From: Candidatus Moraniibacteriota bacterium
GTDB taxonomy: Bacteria; Patescibacteriota; Minisyncoccia; Moranbacterales; UBA1568
Assembly: GCA_963778555.1 (NCBI GenBank)
Contig: CAVZUR010000005.1
Span: forward strand, 161,756 to 225,755
DNA length: 64,000 bases
Reading direction: 5' to 3'
Shown here: positions 18,425 to 29,572 of the stretch, piece after piece
How positions within the stretch are numbered: position 1 is the stretch's first letter
How the letters are laid out: each line of letters starts with the position of its first letter
Translations under genes and position numbers: made by a program
The notes under the pieces: generated by a model
Database searches by the model: none
What the model was told of the DNA's origin: nothing
What the model saw: the letters and a program-made list of their open reading frames with translations, nothing else

Positions 18425-19171
18425 ATGACGAACAAGAATTTTTCTTTCGGGGAGGCGTTCAAGACGGGCTGGGCGAAACTGAGAGAACACTGGATGTTCC
18501 TGATTGGCGCCTATCTTCTCGTGCTATTTGTGAGTGGTCTTTTCAGCTACCTCTCCGAGAATCCATACCGGGAGATCCAACCGACGAGCGGACTGCTGAG
18601 TCTCATCGGTCTCGTCCTCCGGATCTGGCTCAATTTCAATTTTCTTGTCATCACCATCCGGATTTTTGATGGCGTGAAGCCGGAGTGGAGCGAACTCTTC
18701 GTCTGGCGTGAAGAGATGCTCTCCTATGTCGGTGCCTCGATACTCTATTTCTTGGCGGTCTTCCTCGGCTGTCTCCTGTTCATTATTCCTGGTCTGTATT
18801 TCGCGATCAAATACAGCTTCTACGGCTTTCTCATCGCGGACAAGCGGGTCGGTGCCTTTGATGCGCTGAAAATGAGCGGCCAGCTGACTGACGGCGTGAA
18901 GTGGCTCTTGGTCGGGTTCGGTTTCGCTTCGACGGGGATTATTCTTCTCGGAGTATTGGCGCTCGGTGTCGGTCTGCTCGTCGCGTTGCCGGTCGTCTCG
19001 GTCGCACTGGTCTTCGTCTATCGTTCGCTCTATGACCAGACTTTCGATTTGGCCACCGCCACTCCTGGGACGGTCGTCACGACGCCAGTCATTGAGCCCA
19101 CACCCGAGACTCTCGCAGCCGTGGTTACTCCTATTCCTGAGAAGTCGGAAAATCTTCAAACGAAGAACTAA
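18425..19171 (+). CDS. Integral membrane protein (DUF975-like)
   Basis: Multiple TM helices; LFIIPGLYF and ALKMS.QLT.G motifs. Confidence 0.8.
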   Translation: MTNKNFSFGEAFKTGWAKLREHWMFLIGAYLLVLFVSGLFSYLSENPYREIQPTSGLLSLIGLVLRIWLNFNFLVITIRIFDGVKPEWSELFVWREEMLSYVGASILYFLAVFLGCLLFIIPGLYFAIKYSFYGFLIADKRVGAFDALKMSGQLTDGVKWLLVGFGFASTGIILLGVLALGVGLLVALPVVSVALVFVYRSLYDQTFDLATATPGTVVTTPVIEPTPETLAAVVTPIPEKSENLQTKN

Positions 19172-19227
19172 ATTGGTGGCATCTCACCATTGGGCGCATT
19201 TTCGCACAAATTAAAAGTTGATTACAT

Positions 19228-20040
19228 ATGTTGAAATCGGTGATGGCTCGCATGGATGCTGTTTCGGGTCCGAAACACATAGATTTTTTCTTGGCCATAT
19301 TTTTTCCCTTGTTTGCCGCGGCTCTGACCGTCTTAGTCAATGCACCATTTATTATCTCGATTCTCCTGTTCTTTTTCTTCCCCGCGCTCTACTTCATGGC
19401 GCGAAGCCCATCGTCTGTTCCTAAAATTCTATTGATGATGTTGTGCACAATACCGTTCACGGTCGTTGTGGACTACTTTGCGATGCGTGATGGAGCATGG
19501 TACGACTCCTCGATCTTCTCTTGGAGGCTCATGAATGGAATTCCGATAGAAGACTTTCTCTGGACGGCCACCTGGTTCGCTTACATTTTGAGTGTTTACG
19601 AATTCTTTATTGATCGTCCGCACAGCAAGAACGACACACATATCTCGCGTCGGTGGAAAGCTTTGGTGGGTAGTTGGTTTCTGGCGCTTTTCCTCTTTCT
19701 TCCACTGTATGTTGTTTTTGGAGAGCGCCTGCATATCCCATATTTTTATCTTATTTTCACTACGATTCTCGGCATGATTCCGCTCGTTTCAGTAATTTAT
19801 CTTCGCCCCCGAATCCTCTTGAAGTTGGTGGTACTCGGCGTGTATTTCTTCTTTGTCAGTATTATCCATGAGCTTTCGGCTCTTCATACAGGGCAGTGGA
19901 TTTTCCCAGGATCGAATGTTGTTGGATGGGTTGTCTTGGGGTCGTTCCGTTTTCCTATCGAGGAATTCATCTCGTTCATGATGCTCGGGTCGCTGTATGT
20001 CGTGAGCTATTATGAGCTTTTTGTGGACGATCGTCGCTAA
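19228..20040 (+). CDS. Lycopene cyclase domain-containing membrane protein (tandem repeat)
   Basis: Two hydrophobic repeats, each with D/E..A...G.W and PIED/PIEE motifs. Confidence 0.7.
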   Translation: MLKSVMARMDAVSGPKHIDFFLAIFFPLFAAALTVLVNAPFIISILLFFFFPALYFMARSPSSVPKILLMMLCTIPFTVVVDYFAMRDGAWYDSSIFSWRLMNGIPIEDFLWTATWFAYILSVYEFFIDRPHSKNDTHISRRWKALVGSWFLALFLFLPLYVVFGERLHIPYFYLIFTTILGMIPLVSVIYLRPRILLKLVVLGVYFFFVSIIHELSALHTGQWIFPGSNVVGWVVLGSFRFPIEEFISFMMLGSLYVVSYYELFVDDRR

Positions 20041-20061
20041 AGTATCTTTCGAAGCCCGAGA

Positions 20062-22029
20062 CTACTCCGACTCCGTAGTCGCGAACATTGTTTCCGACAG
20101 CCAGTCATTCAGATACGCGTTGACGACGCCCTGCCAATAGGTGAGGGTGTTTTCGTGTTCGGGTGAATCAAACCAAAAAGACGAGAACGGAAGCGTCATG
20201 TCGGGGAGATGAAAGTTGGGAGCGGACTGGATAGTCAGCGATTGATGGGGCTCATCGGGCTGATCAATTTTTTCTTCCTCCACAGGCTTCCTGGAGGCCG
20301 GCACACCATCAGGGACGATTTCTTCACTAGGAGGAATAGCGGGTATCTCAACTGGCGCGGGCAGTGACATACTATCCTCGTTTGGGCGAGAAGTCTCAGA
20401 GCTGTCAGTTAGGCTTTCAGAATCGGTTACTCGTTCAGTCTTTAGCTCGACGAGACTGAGTGATTGCCCCTTCTCCTTTTTCAGTACCGTATCATCAGCC
20501 AAACCTTTGTCGAATTTGTATTTCAGATGTTGGATTACTTTACCATCGGGCGCACGGAGCTCGATATGGCCACGCTCATTTCCCAGCGTGAAGAGTGAGT
20601 GTGTGCGAGTCAGCCGTTTTACGGACTTGGGCGCGACGACGAATTCCTCACGAATCGGGTGATTGGCGATGGATTTTTTCTTGGTACCCGTGGCGATGCT
20701 GAAGCCCCTCAGGTTTACCTCTTTCTTCTCTCGATTCTCGATCTCGATCCATTCTAAATCACTGTCGTTTCCCTTCGGGTTCGGCATGAAGGCGACGATG
20801 CGGACCTTGGGGGCAGTGTATTTCTCGATCTTGATGTCGAATGTTTCCTTCATCGTGTCGATGCCATCATCAGTCGTGAGGGTGACAGTATACCGGCCGG
20901 ACTTCTCGTATTTGTGCGAGGTGCTTTCCTTGTAGCTCTTGTGTCTGTCGCCGAAGTCCCAAGTGAATTTCAGCTTGTCACCATCTCGGTCTTTGCCCTT
21001 CGCACGGAAGTCAATCGCGAAATTCTTGTAGCCTTTTTTTGGCACACGCTCTTTCGTTACGGGATCGGCGTTCTCGCTGTTCTTTGTGCCCGGCGTCGGT
21101 ACGCGCGACCCGCGCAGCATCCCACTAACGAGATTGAGCGAGACGCCCGCTTTGGTCTTTTCGTACCGTACCTGATGCACCAGCCGTTTTTCTCTGTCGA
21201 AGAGTGAAAGGGTCTCATTGGAATTATTCAGCGAGAGAGAAAATTCCTGATCGGTGATGACCAGGTAGCCAAGCGATGGAATCTCGGTGCTGGTCGGAAA
21301 AATGTATTTTCCTGTCGCTGAGGCGTCGCGGATTTCCCAGCCCGAGAGATCGACGGCACTGCCGCTGGGATTGTAGAGTTCGATGAATTCCCCAGCGTCG
21401 CCTTTTTCTTTCGGGTTCGGGAGGACTTCATTGATGAGAATGCTGTAGGGGCTCGGACCGATTTCGGTGGAACTTTTTTCGTCTGTAAATAGAAACAACT
21501 CACCCTTTGAGTTCATCGGTGTTGGATTATTTGTCAGTGACCAAACCAAGGTGCCGAGATCACGCGTGAAACCCTCTTTTCCTTCCGGATTGCCGAATTG
21601 CGTCGGAGAAAAGGGGAGTAGGTGTCCGGTGCCCCACGTGAGCGAATCAACAAGCGTATCATTTTTGTCGTAGAGCGCCAGACTGTTGTTGTCGGCCAGG
21701 CTCGATCCGGTGGTCGCATCGGCATGATCTTTGAAAAGGCTCGCGCTGTTGGCCCAGAGGAAATACCCGTGAGCCGGGATGTTGTCGTTTGCACTGAACG
21801 TTTTGAGCGAGCTGCCGGTCGCTGTCACATCGCCAGCGCTTTTTCGCCGTAAACTATAACCGGATAGCTGTGTCGCTGTGTCGCCGGTATTGTACATCTC
21901 CACGAATTCATCCGAAGCTTTCGCTCCGGCAATCTGCATTTCACTGAAAAAACTGCGGCAAATACCGGTGCTGGCGGTCAAAAAAGCGCAGCAGTAGCGA
22001 GAGCGAGCAAAAGATAGCGTGCGAGACAT
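20062..22029 (-). CDS. Secreted lamin-tail-domain and PKD-domain protein
   Basis: Three LTD repeats (EFVEMYN, INEVLPNP..EFIELYN, PNP..EWIEIEN) and PKD motif WDFGD. Confidence 0.85.
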   Translation of the reverse strand: MSRTLSFARSRYCCAFLTASTGICRSFFSEMQIAGAKASDEFVEMYNTGDTATQLSGYSLRRKSAGDVTATGSSLKTFSANDNIPAHGYFLWANSASLFKDHADATTGSSLADNNSLALYDKNDTLVDSLTWGTGHLLPFSPTQFGNPEGKEGFTRDLGTLVWSLTNNPTPMNSKGELFLFTDEKSSTEIGPSPYSILINEVLPNPKEKGDAGEFIELYNPSGSAVDLSGWEIRDASATGKYIFPTSTEIPSLGYLVITDQEFSLSLNNSNETLSLFDREKRLVHQVRYEKTKAGVSLNLVSGMLRGSRVPTPGTKNSENADPVTKERVPKKGYKNFAIDFRAKGKDRDGDKLKFTWDFGDRHKSYKESTSHKYEKSGRYTVTLTTDDGIDTMKETFDIKIEKYTAPKVRIVAFMPNPKGNDSDLEWIEIENREKKEVNLRGFSIATGTKKKSIANHPIREEFVVAPKSVKRLTRTHSLFTLGNERGHIELRAPDGKVIQHLKYKFDKGLADDTVLKKEKGQSLSLVELKTERVTDSESLTDSSETSRPNEDSMSLPAPVEIPAIPPSEEIVPDGVPASRKPVEEEKIDQPDEPHQSLTIQSAPNFHLPDMTLPFSSFWFDSPEHENTLTYWQGVVNAYLNDWLSETMFATTESE

Positions 22030-22188
22030 AGGAGGAAATTTCCGAACGCTCTAGCGTAGCAAATCTGCAGACATTTTCCAGTCTTGACGGAGCTGTTTAT
22101 TCATGATACAAAACTGCCAGCACCTTCCTTCGCAAAGGTCAGTATTCTCGCTCGTTTCGCAAGGGGAATGAGGCAAGGAGTATCGGAA

Positions 22189-22626
22189 TTGAGATTAAGC
22201 AAACGGTTCAAGAGTGCTCGTCGTCGATGACGACGAAGTGGTTCGGATCATCACAGCAGAGACGATTCGTCAGATTTGGTCTCCGGGAAAAGAGGGGATG
22301 GACGTGAGCGGTCTGGCGAGGTCAATAGCGGCCGGTCAGCCCTGGACTGTCTCGGATGCATGCTGCAAGACCCGCCCGACCTGATCTTGTCCGATGTCCG
22401 GATGCCGGATATGGACGGCTGGGGACTCATCTCGGCTCTCAAGCGCGACGAATGCCTCCAACATATCCCCGTCATCATGGTCACGAGCGAACCGACGGAG
22501 GGCGTGCGTACTCTGGCCAACTATTACGGCGCGGCAGGCTATGTGAAGAAGCCCGTGAATCCACAGGAACTGCAGGCCGCCATCGTGGCCGCCCGTCGCA
22601 TCCCAAAACCGGCGCCAACCCCCTAA
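22189..22626 (+). CDS. Single-domain response regulator (CheY-like), two apparent frameshifts
   Basis: VLVVDDD in an upstream frame, then PDLILSDVRMPDMDG, IPVIMVT and YVKKP; AAGGAG SD before TTG at 22189. Confidence 0.8.
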
Positions 22627-22741
22627 GCCGACAAAGAAAGCATGGAACGCTGGAAAGCCTAATGGCCGACCAGCGTTTTTCTTTTATTTAAGCCATCCGG
22701 TGAAGCAGATATGAGTGCGGGTGGCCAATTTTACCGTCGAG

Positions 22742-22770
22742 TTGACAGCTCCCGCAGGCTTCTATAAGAT
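22742..22770 (+). promoter_or_regulatory. rRNA operon promoter
   Basis: TTGACA-17-TAAGAT; boxA-like GAACACTTAACAA at about 22972. Confidence 0.55.
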
Positions 22771-23807
22771 AGAAAAACCGCTTTAGAAACGGAAAAATCA
22801 CGCCACTGTGGAACTCCCATCGAATTGAATAGACACTTTGGGTGGGAGACATGACTCCGGCTCAAGACCGGAGTTTTATTTTGAGCGGTGCAGCACTTTG
22901 AGAGCGAAAAATTGTTTGGAAAGAGAGAGGTTTGGGTGAAACTTCCTCCAAGCATTCCACTTTCCGCGCAAGAACACTTAACAATCATTGAAGTCTTTGT
23001 AGGCACGTCGAGAAGTTGCCGCTATGCGCGGGGCTGTGACGAGTATGCCTAAAAGTCAAAGTTGTAAGGTCGCTGTGCCGCGTTCTGTCTAGGGATGCGG
23101 TATGGCAAGCAATTAGAGAAACGGTGAAGTCTGCGCAAACATTCTTCATCGTCAACTGAAGTGTCCGTGAGTATTTTGTGCAAACAGAATATTTGCGGAC
23201 ATTCAAATGAAAGCAGGTTACCAACGCAGAGTGTGGATGCCTTGACTTAAGCAAGCGATGAAGGACGTAGGAGGCTGCGAAAAGCCTCGGGGAGCTGCTA
23301 AGCAAGCTTTGATCCGGGGATGTCCGAATGGGGCAACCCTCCCGTAGTAATACGGGATAACGATAGTCTGAATTCATAGGGCTATCGAGCAAACCCAGGG
23401 AATTGAAACATCTTAGTACCAGGAGGAAAAGAAATCAATTAAAGATTCCGTCAGTAGTGGCGAGCGAAAGCGGAAAAGCCTAAACCACCATGTTTACATG
23501 AGTGGGGTTGCAGGGCTGATGGACTCGATTAATCGGGGTAAAGCTACAATCGTTAGCGAGAAGGTTCTGGAAAGAGCGACCAAAGAGGGTAATAGTCCCG
23601 TACGCGAAAACGATATTATACTTGATGCATTAGTTCCCAAGTAGGGCGGGACCGGAGAAATCCCGTTTGAATCTGGGAGCACTAACTCCAAGGCTAAATA
23701 TTACTTAAGATCGATAGCGAACTAGTACCGTGAGGGAAAGGTGAAAAGAATCCCGATGAGGGAGGTGAAATAGAACTGAAACCCTATGCTAACGAAGAGT
23801 CGGAGCC

Positions 23808-23963
23808 GTGCCTCAATTCTGTTGAGTACGGAATACCCACGTAACCGCTGACCCAGCAACCAACAGTTATTTATGACTGATGCTTTCTGCATTTAGAAAT
23901 GAATACTGATTGTTTGTTGTGAGTGATGGCGCAAGTGGAATTCCGTGAGATGAATCGAGGTAC
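23808..23963 (+). other. Intervening sequence / extension of 23S helix 25 (about 156 nt)
   Basis: Long imperfect hairpin between GGAGCC and GGTGACGGCGTGC. Confidence 0.85.
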
Positions 23964-25608
23964 GGTGACGGCGTGCTTTTTGCAGAACGATCCAACGAGT
24001 TAGTTCTGTGCGGCTAGTCTAAGGGACTGACGAGTTCCGGAGACATAGTGAAAGCGAGCCTGAAAGGGCGATCTAAGTCGCATGGACTAGACCCGAAGCC
24101 AGGCGAGCTACATATGAGCAGGGTGAACTCGAGTAAAATCGCGAGGAGGCCCGAACCCACTAGCCGTGCAACACTAGGGGATGACTTGTGAGTAGAGGAG
24201 AAATTCCAATCGAGCTTGGCAATAGCTGGTTCTCTCCCGAAATAGCTTGAGGGCTAGCGTCCGTGTAAATGATCACGAGAGGTAGAGCTACTGAATGAGA
24301 ATCCGCGGTGCAAGCCGTAGGTTTCTCAACCAAACTCCGAATACTCGTGATATCTTATCTGGGCAGTCAGAAATCCGGGGCTAAGCTCGGATGCTCAAAA
24401 GGGAAACAGCCCAGATCGCCAGTCTAAGGTCCCAAAATCTATGTTAAGTGGGAAAGGAAGTGAAGTTTCTTAGACACCTAGGAGGTTGGCTTAGAAGCAG
24501 CCATCCTTTAAAGAGTGCGTAATAGCTCACTAGTCTAGAGATTTCGCGCCGAAAATGTCAACGGGGCTAAACATAGTACCGAAGACTGACGGACTTCCAG
24601 TCAGTCTTGCAAGTACTGGCATTGTGGTAGGGAGCGTTCCATGTGCAGCGAAGCGGAAGGCGTGAGCCACCGTGGAGCGCATGGAAGTGAGAATGTTGGC
24701 ATGAGTAACCGCAATGTGAGTGAGATCCCCACACACCGAAAGTCCAAGGTTTCCTGGGCAATGGCGATCATCCCAGGGTTAGTCGGTCCTAAGGCGAGGC
24801 TGAAAGGCGTAGTCGATGGACATCAGGTTAATATTCCTGAACTGTTGCATGTATTCGAAGGAGTGACGTAGTCGTTGTATATTTCGCCCCTTATTGGATT
24901 GGGGTACGCGTATCTGAGGATGTCTTGCAGGCAAATCCGCAAGGCACATAGTCCAAGGATATGAGTGGAAGCTCGTAGCAATACGGGCGAACGGAAGAGA
25001 GCAGGGTGCCAGGAAAAACTTCTAAGTTAGTCATGTACGCATCCGTACTGCAAACCGACACAGGTGGACTGGGCGAGTAGCCTAAGGTGAACGGGAGAAC
25101 ATTCGTTAAGGAACTCGGCAAAAAAGCTAGACGTAAGTTCGCAAGATGTCTTGCCCCGACGCAAGGTCGGGCCGCAGCGAAAGATTCCAAGCGACTGTTT
25201 ACCAAAAACACAGGTCTCTGCAAACCCGCAAGGGGAAGTATAGGGGCTGACGCCTGACCAGTGCTGGAACGTTAACGGGAGCGGTGCACGCCAATCCCCG
25301 AAGCGCCAGTGAACGTCGGCGATAACTATAATCGTCCTAAGGTAGCGAAATTCCTTGTCAGGTAAGTTCTGACCCGCATGAAAGGCGTAACGACTTGGAA
25401 ACTGTCTCAACGAAGCACCCGGTGAAATTGCAATGACGGTAAAGATGCCGTCGACCTACAGCAAGACGAAAAGACCCCGTGGAGCTTTACTACAACTTGG
25501 TATTGATTTAGAGTTTTTGCTGCCGAGCATAGGTGGGAGACTTTGAAGTCCCGCGCGGGATGGAGTCACAGTGGAATACCACCCTGCTGAGTTTTAATTC
25601 TAACCCTG

Positions 25609-25704
25609 GTCTGTTATGAGTCAATGACCATCTCTGATGAACAGAATAATTTTGTAGTGTATTCATGGTTCAAACCTTAGCTGTCCTAGTAATTCATACC
25701 AGAC
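25609..25704 (+). other. Insertion in 23S helix 79 (about 96 nt)
   Basis: AT-rich stem-loop GTCTG...CAGAC between TTCTAAC and GGACAGTG. Confidence 0.8.
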
Positions 25705-25720
25705 GGGGACAGTGCCTGGT

Positions 25721-25755
<35 letters not shown>

Positions 25756-25974
25756 CAACGGAGGCGTTTACAAAGGTTGGCTAGGTCCGGATGGAAATCG
25801 GACCGATAGCGCAAACGCACAAGCCAGCTTTACTGAGAGACTCATAAGTCGATCAGTTACGAAAGTGGAAGTTAGTGAACCGACCATCGCTCGTAGGAGT
25901 GTGGAAGATCATCAGATAAAAGTTACCCTGGGGATAACAGGCTGATCCCTACCCAAGAGTCCATATCGACGGAG

Positions 25975-26034
<60 letters not shown>

Positions 26035-26080
26035 TGGCTGTTCGCCAATTAAAGCGGTACGCGAGCTGGGTTCAAACCGT

Positions 26081-26472
26081 AAAACAGCTTTTGACTATGC
26101 AGTTTTAACTGTGTACCAAAGGACGTTTTGCAGTTTGAATCCGAGGCAGAAGACATCAACAAAGATTTTCGTCTTTGAAACAATCGTATAGGAATCAATC
26201 GCATCACGGCGGTCCTTTCTTTCACTTTACGGTGGAACGAAGGAACAAGCTGACTCATTTCGGTGAAGTCCGGCAGATATCAAAGTCTGTCGTGATAATA
26301 CCGAGGGAACTTCGACGTTACGTCGGGGGCCCGTAGAGACTAAACGTCAGCATGGATAGTGGTAACGATGGAGGACTTAGGAGAGTGAGACTAATCTCAT
26401 TTACTAATCCCTAACATCTAACCGCTCCCCATAAGCTATAGTCCAATGCATCGAGCAATCGGTGGTATCATG
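26081..26472 (+). other. Group I intron at 23S position 2593 (E. coli numbering), no intact homing endonuclease
   Basis: Exon join AAACCGT^CGTGAGAC; 5' exon U and terminal G; IGS TCACGGCGGT (26204-26213) pairs with both exons; core GTAGAGACTA and AAGCTATAGTCC. Confidence 0.93.
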
Positions 26473-26616
26473 CGTGAGACAGGTTGGTTTCCTATCTGCT
26501 GTAGGCGTTAAGTGACTTGAGAGAACTCTTTCCTAGTACGAGAGGACCGGAAAGAACGAACCTCTGGTGTGCCTGCTGTCCTGCCAAGGGCACCGCAGGG
26601 TAGCTATGTTCGGGCA

Positions 26617-26649
<33 letters not shown>

Positions 26650-26867
26650 GAGCTCAAGATAAGGTCACGTCACGAGCTTGCTCGTGAGGAAGTCCTGGAA
26701 GATGACCAGGTTGATAGGTTGCAGGTGTACGCCCTGTGAGGGGTTCAGCCGAGCAATACTAATACGATTCCATACCACTTTCATTTGTATTCAGTTGGCG
26801 GTGAAGAGTGCTTGATAGGCGAGTACTCCGAATCTCCATTGCCCCTTACAATCATTTCAAACCAGAG

Positions 26868-26977
26868 TTTCTGGTGCCTCTAGCGACCGGGAAACACCCG
26901 ATCCCATTCCGAACTCGGCAGTTAAGCCGGTCAGCGCCGATGGTAGCCTCCGGGCAAGAGTAGGTCGGTGCCAGGAA
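26868..26977 (+). rRNA. rrf: 5S rRNA
   Basis: CACCCGATCCCATTCCGAACTCGG, GCGCCGATGGTAG and AGAGTAGGTCG motifs; ends approximate. Confidence 0.95.
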
Positions 26978-27003
26978 CTTTGAGTTGAAATGAAGACGCA
27001 ACA

Positions 27004-27031
27004 AATAGCCCCATTCCGATGGGGCTATTGT
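27004..27031 (+). terminator. Hairpin after 5S rRNA
   Basis: AATAGCCCCAT-TCCG-ATGGGGCTATT. Confidence 0.7.
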
Positions 27032-27065
27032 GATATAATGAGTTTGATTTTGACTTTTTCTCGCC

Positions 27066-27923
27066 ATGCTCACCCTGACGCGCGATACCAAGCGGCTCAC
27101 GATCATTGTTGTCTACCTCCTCGTGTTTCTCGCCATCGGTGTGGGGAGTTTCGTCGCGCTTCGTCCAGCCCCGACGTGTTTCGATGGTCTCCGGAATCAG
27201 GATGAGGGCGGAGTAGATTGCGGCGGCGTTTGTGCGCTGGCCTGCGTCGAACACATCGCCGGGAATGATCTTGTCGTTCGCGAACTGATGTTCATCCCAA
27301 CGGACCGGGGGAAATACGATATTCTCGCCCGTATCTTCAATCCGAATAACGATGTCGGCGCGGCGAGCTTCAAATACTCCCTCCTCCTGCGTGATGCTGG
27401 CGGCGCGGAGCTCGGCCGGGTGACGAGCACGGGTTTCATCCTCCCTCAGGAGACAAAGACACTTCTCGCGTTCAATCTCGAGTCGGACAAGTCGCCGGCG
27501 AAAGCAGTCATCGAGCTTTCGGACTTTCAGTGGCAGCGTCTCCAGGAGTATCGTGCGAAGCCGGAGTTGAATATCTACGCGAAGCGCTATCTCGAGCGGC
27601 CGGATCCGTCGGTTTTCGGTGCGGCTGTCGGGACACTGATCAATGAGAGCATCTATGATTTCCGCTCCATCCAGATCAAGGTCATCTTGCGGGATGCGGC
27701 TGGGCTGCCGCTGGCCGTCAATCAGAGCGAGATGCAGACGGTGATGGTCGGGCGTGAGCGCGATATACGTGTCGTTTTCCCCACCGCGTTTTCCGGCGTC
27801 GTATCTCAGGTCGAACTGGAAGCCGAGACCAATCTCTATGATACTGAGAATTTTCTCCAGCAGTATGATCTCGTGAAGCCAGCGGTTCGCTCCAGCGGAA
27901 GTACATCGCCGCCGGGACTATGA
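27066..27923 (+). CDS. Membrane-anchored hypothetical protein with Cys-rich motif
   Basis: N-terminal TM, PTCFDG..NQDEGGVDCGGVC motif, two beta-rich domains. Confidence 0.82.
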   Translation: MLTLTRDTKRLTIIVVYLLVFLAIGVGSFVALRPAPTCFDGLRNQDEGGVDCGGVCALACVEHIAGNDLVVRELMFIPTDRGKYDILARIFNPNNDVGAASFKYSLLLRDAGGAELGRVTSTGFILPQETKTLLAFNLESDKSPAKAVIELSDFQWQRLQEYRAKPELNIYAKRYLERPDPSVFGAAVGTLINESIYDFRSIQIKVILRDAAGLPLAVNQSEMQTVMVGRERDIRVVFPTAFSGVVSQVELEAETNLYDTENFLQQYDLVKPAVRSSGSTSPPGL

Positions 27924-29053
27924 ACGGACTGATTGTTCGGCTTTTTCGCTCTGATCCGATCCTTATCTCAGCCGCGCTTTTGCTGTTCAGCATGGGCCTC
28001 CTGGCACTCTATAGTTTTTCCGAAACTGTCGCCGGCAACATATATTTCGGCAAGCAGCTGTCGGTGGGCATCCTCGGCGTCATAGGGATGTTTTTTGTCG
28101 GAACGCTCGATTACCGGCATTTCGCTCGGATGAGCACCTTCCTCTACTTTCTGACCCTCGGCGTTCTGCTCATGGTGCTTTTTTTCGGATCCGAAGTCCG
28201 AGGTACGGTGGGGTGGCTTGCAGTCGGAAATGTGCAGATTCAGCCGGTGGAATTCGCCAAACTGGTACTCATTGTCTTTCTGGCGAGTTTCATATCCAAG
28301 AAACGCTCCGAACTGGGCGAATGGACCCGGTTGATTGCCTCCCTATTTCTTTCGGCGTTGTTCATTCTCCTGGTATTGCGTCAGCCCGACCTTGGTTCGA
28401 GTCTCGTGCTCGCGCTCATCTGGCTTTCTATGATTCTCGTTTCCGGAATCCGCTGGAAGCATGTGCTTGTACTCGGCGTTCTTGGTCTCATGCTGGTCGT
28501 CGCGAGCTGGTTTTTCTTGGCTGACTATCAGAAGGCGCGGCTCGAGACCTTCCTTAATCCCGAGCTCGATCCGAAGGGGAGCGGATACAATGTGCTCCAA
28601 TCCATGGTGGCCGTGGGCTCGGGCGGGGTGTATGGGAAAGGGATTGGCCATGGCTCCCAATCACAGCTCAACTTCCTTCCGGAGAAGCATACAGACTTCA
28701 TCTTCGCGGTCATTTCCGAGGAACTCGGGCTGATCGGGGGAGGGATTATCCTGTTTCTCTACGCACTCCTCCTCTACCGGATCAATCGTATCGCCGAGAT
28801 GGCGAGGGATAATACTGGCTACCTGATCGCGATTGGTATCTTTGCCCTGTTCTTTGCCCATATTCTCATCAATCTTGGAATGAATATGGGGTTTTTACCG
28901 GTGACCGGCTTGCCAGCCCCGTTCCTTTCCTACGGTGGCAGCGCCCTCCTGGCGTTTTTTCTGGCACTCGGACTCCTGCTTTCGATCTACCGCTATCGGG
29001 AAGAGCGTCCGGACCTCCTCGTCTCCGTGGAAAGCCGTGGTCTCGATTTGTAG
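27920..29053 (+). CDS. rodA: Rod shape-determining protein RodA (SEDS)
   Basis: QPVEFAK, QPDLGS, YQKARL, FLPEKHTDFIF and PFLSYGGS motifs. Confidence 0.94.
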   Translation: MNGLIVRLFRSDPILISAALLLFSMGLLALYSFSETVAGNIYFGKQLSVGILGVIGMFFVGTLDYRHFARMSTFLYFLTLGVLLMVLFFGSEVRGTVGWLAVGNVQIQPVEFAKLVLIVFLASFISKKRSELGEWTRLIASLFLSALFILLVLRQPDLGSSLVLALIWLSMILVSGIRWKHVLVLGVLGLMLVVASWFFLADYQKARLETFLNPELDPKGSGYNVLQSMVAVGSGGVYGKGIGHGSQSQLNFLPEKHTDFIFAVISEELGLIGGGIILFLYALLLYRINRIAEMARDNTGYLIAIGIFALFFAHILINLGMNMGFLPVTGLPAPFLSYGGSALLAFFLALGLLLSIYRYREERPDLLVSVESRGLDL

Positions 29054-29196
29054 CCTAGCCAAGCCTTGTTTTCCAGCGATTGACGCAAGCCTTCAATTTT
29101 GATACCATGGAAGGGCTTTAAAAAAGCTTTTTTTGTTTTAAATAGGGGGAAAAATGTCCTCCTTTTCCCGTGTTTTATCTCCTTTTCTCTTGACTC

Positions 29197-29433
29197 ATGA
29201 GAGCCTTCCTCATCGCCCAAGCCGTTGTTGCGATCCTGCTCGCGGTTTCAATCCTGCTCCAGAACCGCGGTTCGGGGTTAGGGAGCGCCTTCGGGAGCGA
29301 CTTTGGCGGTTACTACACCAAGCGCGGGTTTGAGCGTTTTCTCGTCTATGCAACGATTGCTTTGGCGGTGCTCTTTTTCGGACTCGCCATGGTCAATGTC
29401 CGGCTGTCGACCACCTCGGTCGGCGGTTTGTAA
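29197..29433 (+). CDS. secG: Preprotein translocase subunit SecG
   Basis: ILLQNRGSGLGSAFG and TKRGFERFL motifs, two TM helices. Confidence 0.92.
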   Translation: MRAFLIAQAVVAILLAVSILLQNRGSGLGSAFGSDFGGYYTKRGFERFLVYATIALAVLFFGLAMVNVRLSTTSVGGL

Positions 29434-29572
29434 TACTTGACACACGTCTATTCCTTCCCCACTCAATCCTGGTGCTGCTGGTCGCCTCTCCGTTTGGAAA
29501 AGCGTCTATCGCGCTCTTTCGGTCGGCGATCGCTTCATTTTTCTCGTTCTTGCCGCACTCGCCTTCAGCGCG

